Shown here piece by piece: positions 35,033 to 43,279 of a DNA stretch of 64,000 nucleotides. A program made the translations under genes and the position numbers. Every line of letters starts with the position of its first letter. Positions within the stretch are counted from its first letter, which is position 1. The DNA comes from a bacterium (GTDB lineage: Bacteria; Methylomirabilota; Methylomirabilia; Methylomirabilales; 2-02-FULL-66-22). The stretch covers positions 16,897 to 80,896 of the forward strand of contig JAKPQH010000181.1 in assembly GCA_029580855.1 (NCBI GenBank), given 5' to 3'. Under the pieces are notes generated by a model. That model was not told the origin of the DNA. It searched no databases and saw nothing but the letters and a program-made list of their open reading frames with translations.

Positions 35033-36439
35033 TCAGTGACGGTAGAAGCGGCTCTCCGCCAGATTCACCACCAGGGGCACGAGGCCCCGCGCCCGCACGG
35101 CGTCCGCACCCGCGGCCGTGGTCACGATGCGGGTTCCGCTCCCGCAGGCGTATCCGCGATGCATGATGACGCGCCCGTTGCCGATGCCCAGGACGGCTCG
35201 CTGGTTTTCCAGATTCACGACGGTGATGTCCGCATCGGCGCCGACCTGAAGGGCGCCCTTGGCGCCAAGGCCCAGGATACGGGCGGGATTCAGGCTGGCC
35301 TTGCGGGCGAACTCGACCAGGGTGAGCGCCTGGAGCTTGACCAGGGCCAGGCCCATCTCCACGATGACGTTGCGCGGGATGCCGCCGCCGTCGGTGCTGA
35401 TGGCGTCCACGACGAACTCACCCGACGGCCGCTTGGCGGTGGCCAGACGCAGCCGGGGCTCGGGTGGGTTGACGGCGAAACTCACCGTGACGTCCGTGCC
35501 GCGCTGTCGCCAGTAGTCCCGGGCGGCCGGGCCCGTCCCGAGGACGACGCGCCCCCCTGCCGCGATGTTGATCTGCGCCCAGCCTGCCAGGACAGCGGCC
35601 TCGAAGCCGGCCTCGGTGGGCGGAAAGCCCCCCACGGTCAGGCAGTGCTGGGTAACGCGACTCTCCGGGGCGCCGCCCGCGCACTTGGCGCTGGTGCCGT
35701 TCAACGGCGAAAGATAGCTCTCCGAGCGCAGGTTCGGGTGCGCCGTCAGGGCGGCGATAGCCTCTTCCGTCTCCTGCATCCAGGCGCGGACGGCGCCCCG
35801 GCAGTAGCTGTTGATGTGCGCGATGTGCACGGCACGGGGCCCCGCGAGCTCTACCGCCTGAAGGAAGCCCTCGATGTTGGAGCCCTGCGTCGTGCTCCCG
35901 GCGTGGAAGGCCACGTACGCCTTGGCTTCGTTGGCGAGCTCGATGGTCCGGGCCGTGGCCTCGGGGGTGAGCGGATAGTGCCCGCCGAGCAGCTTGAACC
36001 CGATGGCGCCCTTGCGCAGGCTCTGATCGAGGAGCGCCCGGATCTCCGCCGGACCGGGGTCCGCGGTCTGCACGGTCTGTCCGGGCCGGACCGCCTCGAT
36101 ACAGGCGAGGTTCAGGCCGACGCCGTGGTCGCGGGCGATGTCCAGGACGCTGTCGATGGGCCCCGACATGTCCAGCGCCGTGGTCACGCCGACCTCGGCC
36201 ATCATCTTGTGGCCCGCGCGCCCGCCGAGCCAGGCCGAGGCGTGCATGTGCATATCCACGATGCCGGGGAGCACGTGGCTGCCGGACAGGTCGAACGTCT
36301 CCCGCGCACGGGTGGGGTCGAGGTCCGGCCCGATCTCGGCGATCCGCCCGTCCGCCACGGCGAGGTCCGCCGCCTCGACCCGACCGCTGGCGGGATCCAC
36401 CACCGTCCCGTTTTTGAGCAGGATATCGTAGACCGTCAT
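35033..36439 (-). CDS. amidohydrolase family metallo-hydrolase (dihydroorotase/deacylase-like)
   Basis: MTVYDILLKNGTVVDPASG...DLAVADGRIAEIG...LPGIVDMHMHAS is the classic amidohydrolase N-terminus with an HxH metal motif. 468 aa. Confidence 0.85.
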   Translation of the reverse strand: MTVYDILLKNGTVVDPASGRVEAADLAVADGRIAEIGPDLDPTRARETFDLSGSHVLPGIVDMHMHASAWLGGRAGHKMMAEVGVTTALDMSGPIDSVLDIARDHGVGLNLACIEAVRPGQTVQTADPGPAEIRALLDQSLRKGAIGFKLLGGHYPLTPEATARTIELANEAKAYVAFHAGSTTQGSNIEGFLQAVELAGPRAVHIAHINSYCRGAVRAWMQETEEAIAALTAHPNLRSESYLSPLNGTSAKCAGGAPESRVTQHCLTVGGFPPTEAGFEAAVLAGWAQINIAAGGRVVLGTGPAARDYWRQRGTDVTVSFAVNPPEPRLRLATAKRPSGEFVVDAISTDGGGIPRNVIVEMGLALVKLQALTLVEFARKASLNPARILGLGAKGALQVGADADITVVNLENQRAVLGIGNGRVIMHRGYACGSGTRIVTTAAGADAVRARGLVPLVVNLAESRFYRH

Positions 36440-36478
36440 CGTGTATCCCCCCCCCGCCCCCGCCGCGCCGGATCGTGG

Positions 36479-37558
36479 TCAGGGCGTGCGTCGAAAGTCG
36501 TTCCCCTGACCCACCAAACCGTTGGGGAGGCGGACACGGCGTTCCGGGTCGGCCACGGCGTGTCCCAGGCGGTACGCCTCGACGCCGAGATCGTTGAGAC
36601 TTCCAAGCGTGCGGTCGGCGTCCGCCGCGGCCACCACCAGGCAGAAGCCGATTCCCATGTTGTAGACCTGGTACATCTCCTCGTCGCTGACGCCGCCGAG
36701 CCGTTGCAACACGCCGAAAACCGGCTGGGGTTTCGGCAGGGTCTCCAGGATGTATCCGACGGGGGCCTGGACGCGCAGGAGGTTCGTCAGGCCGTCGCTG
36801 GTGATGTGGGTCATGGCCCGGATCTCCAGGCCGGAGCGGAGCAGCTCCATGACCTCGCGGACGTAGATGCGCGTGGGCTCCAGCAACTCCTCGCCGACCG
36901 TGCGGCCGAACTCGGGAAGATAGGTGTCCGCCGCGTAGCCGGCCCGCCGGAAGAAAACGTCGCGCGCCAGGGTCAGGCCATTGCTGTGAATTCCGCTGCT
37001 CCGCAGGCCGATGACCGCGTCGCCCGGCCGGATGTTCTGGCCGATGATGATGCGGTCCATGGGGACGGTGCCGACGCAGGCGCCGGCGAGGTCGAAGCCC
37101 CGCCCCTCGCGCACACCCTTGATCAGCTCGCGGACCTGGGCGATCTCCCCGCCCGGGATGGAGATGTTGGCCTGCCGCGCGCCCTCGTACAGCCCCTTGC
37201 CGATGGCCTCCAGCATGCCGGGATCGGCCTCCTGGACGGCGATGTAGTCCAGCAGCGCCAGAGGTTCCGCCCCCACGCACAGCAGGTCATTGACATTCAT
37301 GGCGATGCAGTCGATGCCGACCGTGTCGTACTTGTCCAGCATCTCCGCCACGAGGAGCTTCGTGCCCACCCCATCGGACGACAGGGCGAGGCCCAGATTG
37401 TTACCCATGTCCAGGACCGTGGCGAAATACCCGAAGTCCAGGGCGGGTCGATACCGGCCGAATGCGAGAGTCCTGCGCACCCAGGTGAGCAAACCGGCGA
37501 GGGCCGCCTCTTCCTTCACCGTATTGACACCCGCGCTACTGTATGCCGGCTCGCTCAT
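36479..37558 (-). CDS. AIR synthase-related (PurM-like) protein
   Basis: SSDGVGTKLLVA, GIDCIAMNVNDLLCVGAEPLALLDY, GGEIAQV, DLAGACVG, SSGIHSNGLTLAR, PTRIY and YNMGIGF follow the PurM layout with some deviations (THITSDGLTN). ATG at 37558. Confidence 0.85.
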   Translation of the reverse strand: MSEPAYSSAGVNTVKEEAALAGLLTWVRRTLAFGRYRPALDFGYFATVLDMGNNLGLALSSDGVGTKLLVAEMLDKYDTVGIDCIAMNVNDLLCVGAEPLALLDYIAVQEADPGMLEAIGKGLYEGARQANISIPGGEIAQVRELIKGVREGRGFDLAGACVGTVPMDRIIIGQNIRPGDAVIGLRSSGIHSNGLTLARDVFFRRAGYAADTYLPEFGRTVGEELLEPTRIYVREVMELLRSGLEIRAMTHITSDGLTNLLRVQAPVGYILETLPKPQPVFGVLQRLGGVSDEEMYQVYNMGIGFCLVVAAADADRTLGSLNDLGVEAYRLGHAVADPERRVRLPNGLVGQGNDFRRTP

Positions 37559-37602
37559 CTGCTCTGGCTCCCTTCGATGACGATCACCGGGTTGAGAGAT
37601 TA

Positions 37603-37671
37603 CCACAGATTTCACAAATTGCGCAGTCCTCACGCGGGCCGGGTTCCGGAAAGAATCTGCGTAATCAGTGG
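37603..37671. repeat. palindromic REP/MITE-like element, copy B
   Basis: The left arm is CCACAGATTT CACAAATTG CGCAG. The right arm is GAATCTGCGTAATCAGTGG, whose reverse complement is CCACTGATTACGCAGATTC. It has the same 9-bp sub-repeat architecture and near-identical termini as 16214-16291. Confidence 0.6.
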
Positions 37672-37694
37672 ATCAATGAAGCCCCGTGGTCCGC

Positions 37695-39608
37695 TCACTT
37701 CACCCTGGCACCGATCTCCGCGGACCGCTCCGGCGCGATGAGAACGAGTTTGCCGTCGGCGCCGGTCCCGGCCAGGAGCATGCCGCGGGATTCCACCCCC
37801 ATGAGTTTGGTAGGCTTCAGGTTGGCGACGATGACGATTTGCTTCCCCACCAGCTCCGCCGGGGGGTAATCCAGGAGGATGCCGGCCACGATGGTACGCT
37901 CTTCGGCGCCGACCCCGACGCGCAGCTCCACGAGCTTCTTGGACCCGGGGACGGCCCGCGCGCCCAGAATCACGGCGACGCGCAGATCCAGGCGGCGAAA
38001 CTCCTCGATGGTGATCTCGTCGCTCGAGGCGGCGGTCTCGTTTTTTCCGGTTGCCCCGTGCGGGGGCGCCGCCGCGCCGGTCTCGACCCGCGGGAAGAGC
38101 GCCTCCCCCTGCCGGGCGATCCCGAGCGGCACGCCGCCCCACCGTCCCGCCTCCGAAAGCCGGGCGTCCGCCACCGAGCCGGCAATGCCGAGGCGCGCCC
38201 AGATTTTCTCCGCCGTCGGCGGCATAAACGGGGAGAGGTGGAGGCCGACGAGGCGCAACGCTTCGCAAGTGAATCCCAGCACCCGGGCGAGGGCCGGTCC
38301 GTCTCGCTTGGCCAGCTCCCAGGGCTTCTGGGCGTCGATGTAACGGTTGGCGGCGTCCAGCAACTCCCAGATCGCCTCCAAGGCCTTGTGGAAGGCGAAC
38401 CCCTCCATGGCCGCGGCCACGCGGCCGTGGAGGGTCTCGGCAGCCCGCTGCAGCTCACGGTCGCCTTCCGTCGCCGCCTCGCCGACGGGCGGGATCCCGC
38501 CGTCCAGATATCGCCCGACCATGCCGAGCGTCCGCTGGAGCAAGTTCCCCAGGTTGTTGGCGAGGTCGGCGTTCAACCGCCCCACCAGCGCCTCCTCGCT
38601 GAAATTGGCGTCCAGGCCAAACGCCATCTCCCGCAGAAGAAAGTAGCGCAAGGCGTCCAGTCCGTACTTGTCGGCCAGCTCCAGCGGCGAGAGGACGCGG
38701 CCGCGGCTCTTGGACATCTTGGCCTCGTCCATCAGCCAGTAGCCGTGCACGTTCAGATGCCGGTAGACGGGGATGCCCGCGGCGCGGAGCATCGTCGGCC
38801 AGTAGATGCCGTGGGGTTTGAGGATGTCCTTGGCGATCAGGTGCTGGGCCACCGGCCAGAACGTCCGGAAGAGGTCCCCATCCGGGTAGTCGAGGGCGCT
38901 CACGTAGTTGATGAGGGCGTCGAACCAGACGTAGGTGACGTAGCGGTCGTCGAAGGGCAACGGGATGCCCCATTCCAGGCGGGAGCGGGGGCGGGAAATG
39001 CACAGATCCTCCAGGGGCTCCCGCAGGAAGCCCAGCGCCTCGTTGCGGTACCGCTCGGGGCGGATGAAGTCCGGGTGCTCCTGGATGTGCCGGATCAGCC
39101 AGTCCTGGTACTTACTCATCCGGAAGAAGTAGTTCTGCTCCTTGACGTATTCCAGCGGGGTCTGGTGGTCGGGGCACTTGCCGTCCACGGCTTCCTTTTC
39201 GGTGTAGAAGCGCTCGCACCCCACGCAGTACAGGCCGCCGTACTCGCTGAAGTAGATGTCGCCGGCGTCGTGGATCGTCTGCAAGATGGCCTGCACCACC
39301 CGCTTGTGCCGCGCCTCAGTGGTGCGGATGAACTGGTCGAACCGGAGGCCCATGCGGGTCCAGGTCTCGCGGAACATGCCGCTGATGCGGTCCGCGTACG
39401 CCTGCGGCGTCTCGCCGGCCCGCGCCGCCGCCTGCGCGATCTTGTCCCCGTGCTCATCGGTCCCCGTCAAGAAATACGTCCGGTCGCCGGCCAGCCGATG
39501 GTACCGCGACACGGTGTCCGCGACGATGGTCGTGTAGGCGTGCCCCGAGTGCGGCGGGGCATTCACATAGTAAATCGGCGTGGTCACATAGAAGGGCTGT
39601 TCGGACAT
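37695..39608 (-). CDS. metG: methionine--tRNA ligase with C-terminal tRNA-binding (Trbp111/EMAP-like) domain
   Basis: FYVTTPIYYVNAPPHSGHAYT (HIGH region), KMSKS and the zinc knuckle CVGCERFY...GKCPDH. The C-terminus is ...IVANLKPTKLMGVESRGMLLA. ATG at 39608. Confidence 0.95.
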   Translation of the reverse strand: MSEQPFYVTTPIYYVNAPPHSGHAYTTIVADTVSRYHRLAGDRTYFLTGTDEHGDKIAQAAARAGETPQAYADRISGMFRETWTRMGLRFDQFIRTTEARHKRVVQAILQTIHDAGDIYFSEYGGLYCVGCERFYTEKEAVDGKCPDHQTPLEYVKEQNYFFRMSKYQDWLIRHIQEHPDFIRPERYRNEALGFLREPLEDLCISRPRSRLEWGIPLPFDDRYVTYVWFDALINYVSALDYPDGDLFRTFWPVAQHLIAKDILKPHGIYWPTMLRAAGIPVYRHLNVHGYWLMDEAKMSKSRGRVLSPLELADKYGLDALRYFLLREMAFGLDANFSEEALVGRLNADLANNLGNLLQRTLGMVGRYLDGGIPPVGEAATEGDRELQRAAETLHGRVAAAMEGFAFHKALEAIWELLDAANRYIDAQKPWELAKRDGPALARVLGFTCEALRLVGLHLSPFMPPTAEKIWARLGIAGSVADARLSEAGRWGGVPLGIARQGEALFPRVETGAAAPPHGATGKNETAASSDEITIEEFRRLDLRVAVILGARAVPGSKKLVELRVGVGAEERTIVAGILLDYPPAELVGKQIVIVANLKPTKLMGVESRGMLLAGTGADGKLVLIAPERSAEIGARVK

Positions 39609-39690
39609 GCGCACTCCGGTCGCTGCCGCCCGCCGAGGTTGGCGACACCCCAAGCGTCGGGAGCCATTACCAAATAACTTGTCCAATCCT

Positions 39691-39728
39691 GAATTTCGTT
39701 ACGGCTTCGCATGCCGTTTGCGAAATTC
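39691..39728. other. imperfect hairpin in a lower-GC spacer between PSP1 and metG
   Basis: GAATTTCG-TT-ACGGC ttcgcat GCCGT-TTG-CGAAATTC. It could act as a terminator for the upstream minus-strand operon or as a metG leader element. There is no clean U-tract. Confidence 0.3.
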
Positions 39729-39758
39729 CTCCGGTCACGTTTATTCTTGAGCAACGGC

Positions 39759-40769
39759 TTACGCGTCTTCGAGACCGGTCAATTCCGGTGACGACTCGTC
39801 CCCGTTGACGGGTTGCGCAAAAGGCCCCGGGCGTCGCCGGTGCGTCCGCCGGCTGGAGCCGCCGGGCCCGGTCTCCTGGGGGTCCTTTCTCGCCGCGAGT
39901 CGCCCGCCCGCCCGCCTCTCGCCCGCCGCCCCCCGCGCCGGCTCTTGGCCGCGGCCCTCCCCCTCGGGACGCGGGCGCGAGGTCACCTCCGACACCGTCA
40001 GGGTGACCTGCCCTCCGGTCTCCAGTCCGACGAGGACGGTCTGCTCGAGGATATTCTGCCCGCGAATGACGCCGGGACCGCGATTGGTCATGACGTGGCC
40101 GCCGACCTTCGGCAGGCCGTGTTTCAAGTCCGCGTACAGGCAATGCTCGTACGCCAGACAGCACTTGAGGCGTCCGCAGATCCCCGAGAGCTTCGCCGGA
40201 TTCAGAGCCAGGTTCTGGTCCTTGGCCATCCGGATGCTGACCGGGGCGAAGCCCTGGAGGAAGGCGTGGCAGCAGACCGGACGGCCGCAGGCCCCGGCGG
40301 ACCCCAGGACCTTGGCCTCGTCTCGCACACCGATCTGGCGCAGCTCCACGCGCGTGTGGAGGTGTTGGACGAGATCTTTGACCAGTTCGCGGAAATCCAC
40401 GCGCCCGTCGGCGGTGAAGTAGAACATCGCCTTGCTGGAGTCCAGCCCGATCCGCACCTCGGTCAATTTCATGGGGAGGCCACGGGCCAGGATGCGCTCC
40501 CGACAGAAACGGCGGGCCTCGCGTTCCCGCTGGAGGAGGGTCTCCCTGCGCGACAGGTCGGTGGGCGTGGCTTTCCGAAGAATCGTCCAGACGGGGACCT
40601 TCAGCTGGTCCGATACCGCCGACGGCAAAACGGCGCACACCTCGCCGATTCCCACGCCCCACTCGGTCTCCACCACCACAACGTCACCCAAGGCCGGCGT
40701 GGCCCCGGCCGCGGAACAATACTGCATCCGGGCCGGCCCGGCAAACTCCACCCGCACCACGTGGGTCAT
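39759..40769 (-). CDS. PSP1 domain protein (YaaT/RicT-like)
   Basis: ...MKLTEVRIGLDSSKAMFYFTADGRVDFRELVKDL...RVELRQIGVRDEAK..G..G.CGR..CC is the PSP1 signature. It follows holB as in the conserved tmk-holB-yaaT block. Arg/Gly/Pro-rich C-terminal tail. Confidence 0.9.
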   Translation of the reverse strand: MTHVVRVEFAGPARMQYCSAAGATPALGDVVVVETEWGVGIGEVCAVLPSAVSDQLKVPVWTILRKATPTDLSRRETLLQREREARRFCRERILARGLPMKLTEVRIGLDSSKAMFYFTADGRVDFRELVKDLVQHLHTRVELRQIGVRDEAKVLGSAGACGRPVCCHAFLQGFAPVSIRMAKDQNLALNPAKLSGICGRLKCCLAYEHCLYADLKHGLPKVGGHVMTNRGPGVIRGQNILEQTVLVGLETGGQVTLTVSEVTSRPRPEGEGRGQEPARGAAGERRAGGRLAARKDPQETGPGGSSRRTHRRRPGPFAQPVNGDESSPELTGLEDA

Positions 40770-40777
40770 GCGCTGCC

Positions 40778-41788
40778 TCACTTCCGCCCGAGGGCCTGTC
40801 GCATCTTGAGCAGCATGCGTTCCGCGGCGTAACGCGGCTGCGCGTGCCATGCCAGCGTCTGTTGCGCCTCGCGCTGCGCCGCGTGTACCTGCAAGAGGAC
40901 CGCCAGCGGGGCATCGCCCGTCACGCGCGCCACCTCTGCCCGCCGCTCTGCCGAAAGGAGCGCCGCGCCCGACGGCCCGATTCCAGCCACCGAGGCGTCG
41001 CGCGTGAAGGCCAGCAGCGCCTCCAGCGCGTCCTCCAGCGCGTCCCGATCCTTCCCGATACGCTCGGCCCGATCCAGCAGCGCCGGGAGGCTGTCGAGGG
41101 CGCTCCAGACCTCCTCGACCAGCCGCGCACGCGCCGCCCGGACCTCCGATGCGTTCATCGCCAAGGCGCGCTCGGCGCTGCCGCCGGCTACCGCGACCGC
41201 CGCTGCGGCATCCTCGGCGCTCCGCCCGAGCCGTTCCAGGATGGTCCGCAGGTGCTCCGGCGCCAGGGGGGGGAATCGCACCTCCTGGCAGCGCGACCGG
41301 ATGGTCGGCAGGAGCGCGGAGAACCCCGTTGTCACCAGGATGAACAACGATCCGGTCGGCGGCTCCTCCAGGGTCTTGAGAAACGCGTTGGCGGCCGGCT
41401 CCTGCATCTCGTGGGCGGGGTCGAGGATCCAGACTTTGCCGGCCCCCTCGTAGGCGCCCAGACCCGCCCGCGCCGCCACGCCACGGATCTGATCGATGGT
41501 GATGACGGTCTTTTCCTCCGGCGCGGTCAATGTCACGTCGGGATGCCGGCCGGCGGCGATCAGGGTGCAGGCGCGGCACGTCCCGCACGCGTCGGGGTCT
41601 TCGCCTGCGGCAGACGCCGCCACCGGGGAGAGACATTTGACGGCCTGTGCCAGCGCCACGGCCGTGGTCCGCTTTCCCACGCCCGGCGGCCCCGTGAAGC
41701 AGTAGGCTTGCGCCAACCGCCCGCCCGCCCAGGCGCTCCGCAGCAGCCGTACGGCCCGGTCCTGTCCGCACACGTCTCGAAAGGGCAT
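40778..41788 (-). CDS. holB: DNA polymerase III subunit delta'
   Basis: GQDRAVRLL......GRLAQAYCFTGPPGVGKRTTA, CGTCRAC, LKTLEEPP and IRSRCQ. ATG at 41788. Confidence 0.9.
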   Translation of the reverse strand: MPFRDVCGQDRAVRLLRSAWAGGRLAQAYCFTGPPGVGKRTTAVALAQAVKCLSPVAASAAGEDPDACGTCRACTLIAAGRHPDVTLTAPEEKTVITIDQIRGVAARAGLGAYEGAGKVWILDPAHEMQEPAANAFLKTLEEPPTGSLFILVTTGFSALLPTIRSRCQEVRFPPLAPEHLRTILERLGRSAEDAAAAVAVAGGSAERALAMNASEVRAARARLVEEVWSALDSLPALLDRAERIGKDRDALEDALEALLAFTRDASVAGIGPSGAALLSAERRAEVARVTGDAPLAVLLQVHAAQREAQQTLAWHAQPRYAAERMLLKMRQALGRK

Positions 41789-41795
41789 CCCCGCC

Positions 41796-42470
41796 TCAGC
41801 GCGCCCGCGACTCGGTGGCGCGCCCGTTTTCGGCCGCGCGCAGGCGGCGATCGACGTACCCGCGAATCCGCGCCCCAAGCTCTACGATTCCCTGGGTGGC
41901 GTCCAGAATCACCACCCGGTCCGGCTCTCGGGCGGCCAGCGTCCGGTAGCCCGCCTGGACCCGCTGGTGAAACTCCAGGCGCTCATCCTCGAGGCGGTCA
42001 CGGCGCTGGCTAGGCTGCGCCAATCGCCGAGCGGCCCGCGCCAACCCCACCACCGGGTCGAGGTCCAGGAGAAAGGTGAGGTCCGGCCGCAACCCGCCCG
42101 TGGCCACGGCGTTCAGCCGGTCGACGAGGTCCAAATCGAGGCCCCGACCGTACCCCTGGTAGGCGACGCTGGAGTCCGTGAAACGATCGCAGAGCACGAT
42201 GCGACCCGCAGTCAGCGCGGGACGAATGACTTCCTGGACCAGTTGCGCCCGGCTGGCTTCGTACAGGAACAGCTCCGCCAAAGCCGACATCCGGACGTTG
42301 TCGCCGTGCAAGAGGAGTTCCCGTACCTGGTTGCCGATGGCCGTGCCACCGGGATCGTGCGTCTGGACGGCGTCCCCCTGCAGCGTACGGACGTGAGCGA
42401 GGAGCGCCTTGAGCTGCGTGGTCTTGCCCGATCCCTCGCCGCCCTCGAAGGTGATGAAAAACCCCGGCAT
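41796..42470 (-). CDS. tmk: thymidylate kinase
   Basis: FITFEGGEGSGKTTQ, DRFTDSSVAYQG. 224 aa. Confidence 0.95.
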   Translation of the reverse strand: MPGFFITFEGGEGSGKTTQLKALLAHVRTLQGDAVQTHDPGGTAIGNQVRELLLHGDNVRMSALAELFLYEASRAQLVQEVIRPALTAGRIVLCDRFTDSSVAYQGYGRGLDLDLVDRLNAVATGGLRPDLTFLLDLDPVVGLARAARRLAQPSQRRDRLEDERLEFHQRVQAGYRTLAAREPDRVVILDATQGIVELGARIRGYVDRRLRAAENGRATESRAR

Positions 42471-42473
42471 CGG

Positions 42474-43262
42474 TTAGTGTCCCCCGGCCGTGGGGCCGCC
42501 GGGCCCCTTGCGGCGATCCAGAATTTGTTTGGCGACACGGCCGATGACGCCCGGGACGTTCTTGTTCTTGGAGAGGTCGGCCAACTCTCGATCCGCGAGA
42601 CTGTTGATGCCCAGGCTCAGCGACACGCCGACCGGCGTGCGGGGGTTGTTCAGCAGGGCCAGGATGATCTGTTTGTTCTGGCGGTACCGGCGATTGTTGG
42701 CGATGTACCGCAGCACCTGCTCGGCGACGTCGCGCATCATGGCGATGGCCAGGATCTCCCCGTCGGTGATCCGCGAGGAGCTGACCGTCTCCAGGGCCAC
42801 CATCTCGTTGCTGTCCCTGACCAGGATCATCCGGACGTCCTTGTTCCCCTTCTTGGCCAGCGCGAGCCGCTGACCCACCGGCAGCTCTTTGACCTGAAGC
42901 AGCAGGCTCTTCCGCCGCGCCCCGTCCGCTTCGCGCTTCCTGGCCAGCTCGAGGGCCTGCCGAATGGTGGGCTGTTTTGTCGCGGGGATCTGGGTGTTGC
43001 CCAGGAGAGCCTCCAGCGCTTCGACCCAGCGACCCAGGCGATCCAGGGATCCGAGGAGCACGTCCAACACCCGCCCGCTGGCGCGGGCCGCCAACCGGGC
43101 CATGGCGGCGCCGGGGGTGTGGGGGTGACGCAGGAGGGCGATCAACACCTCGGGCGACAGCGCCGGATGACCCAGGATCTGCTCCAGCACCTCGGCAGGC
43201 GTCTTCTGGTTCTGGGCGACCGCGAGGAAGTCGGTCCCAGCCGGTGCCGCCGAGCTCGCCAC
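42474..43262 (-). CDS. hypothetical alpha-helical repeat protein
   Basis: Only the 3' third of the 603-aa track ORF is compatible with selA occupying 43280-44728. The candidate GTG at 43262 gives 262 aa. It has repeated ...LL.HP.TP... / ...LLNNPRTPVGV... helical units. The start is uncertain. Confidence 0.55.
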   Translation of the reverse strand: MASSAAPAGTDFLAVAQNQKTPAEVLEQILGHPALSPEVLIALLRHPHTPGAAMARLAARASGRVLDVLLGSLDRLGRWVEALEALLGNTQIPATKQPTIRQALELARKREADGARRKSLLLQVKELPVGQRLALAKKGNKDVRMILVRDSNEMVALETVSSSRITDGEILAIAMMRDVAEQVLRYIANNRRYRQNKQIILALLNNPRTPVGVSLSLGINSLADRELADLSKNKNVPGVIGRVAKQILDRRKGPGGPTAGGH

Positions 43263-43279
43263 GTCCGCACCGCCGCCGT

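Noticed and set aside
37686-39677. 663-aa plus-strand ORF exactly mirroring metG, which also gives 663 aa in the track
   Set aside because: It is an antisense shadow of metG. Stop-codon depletion on the reverse strand of a GC3-rich gene explains it. The translation has no recognisable domain.
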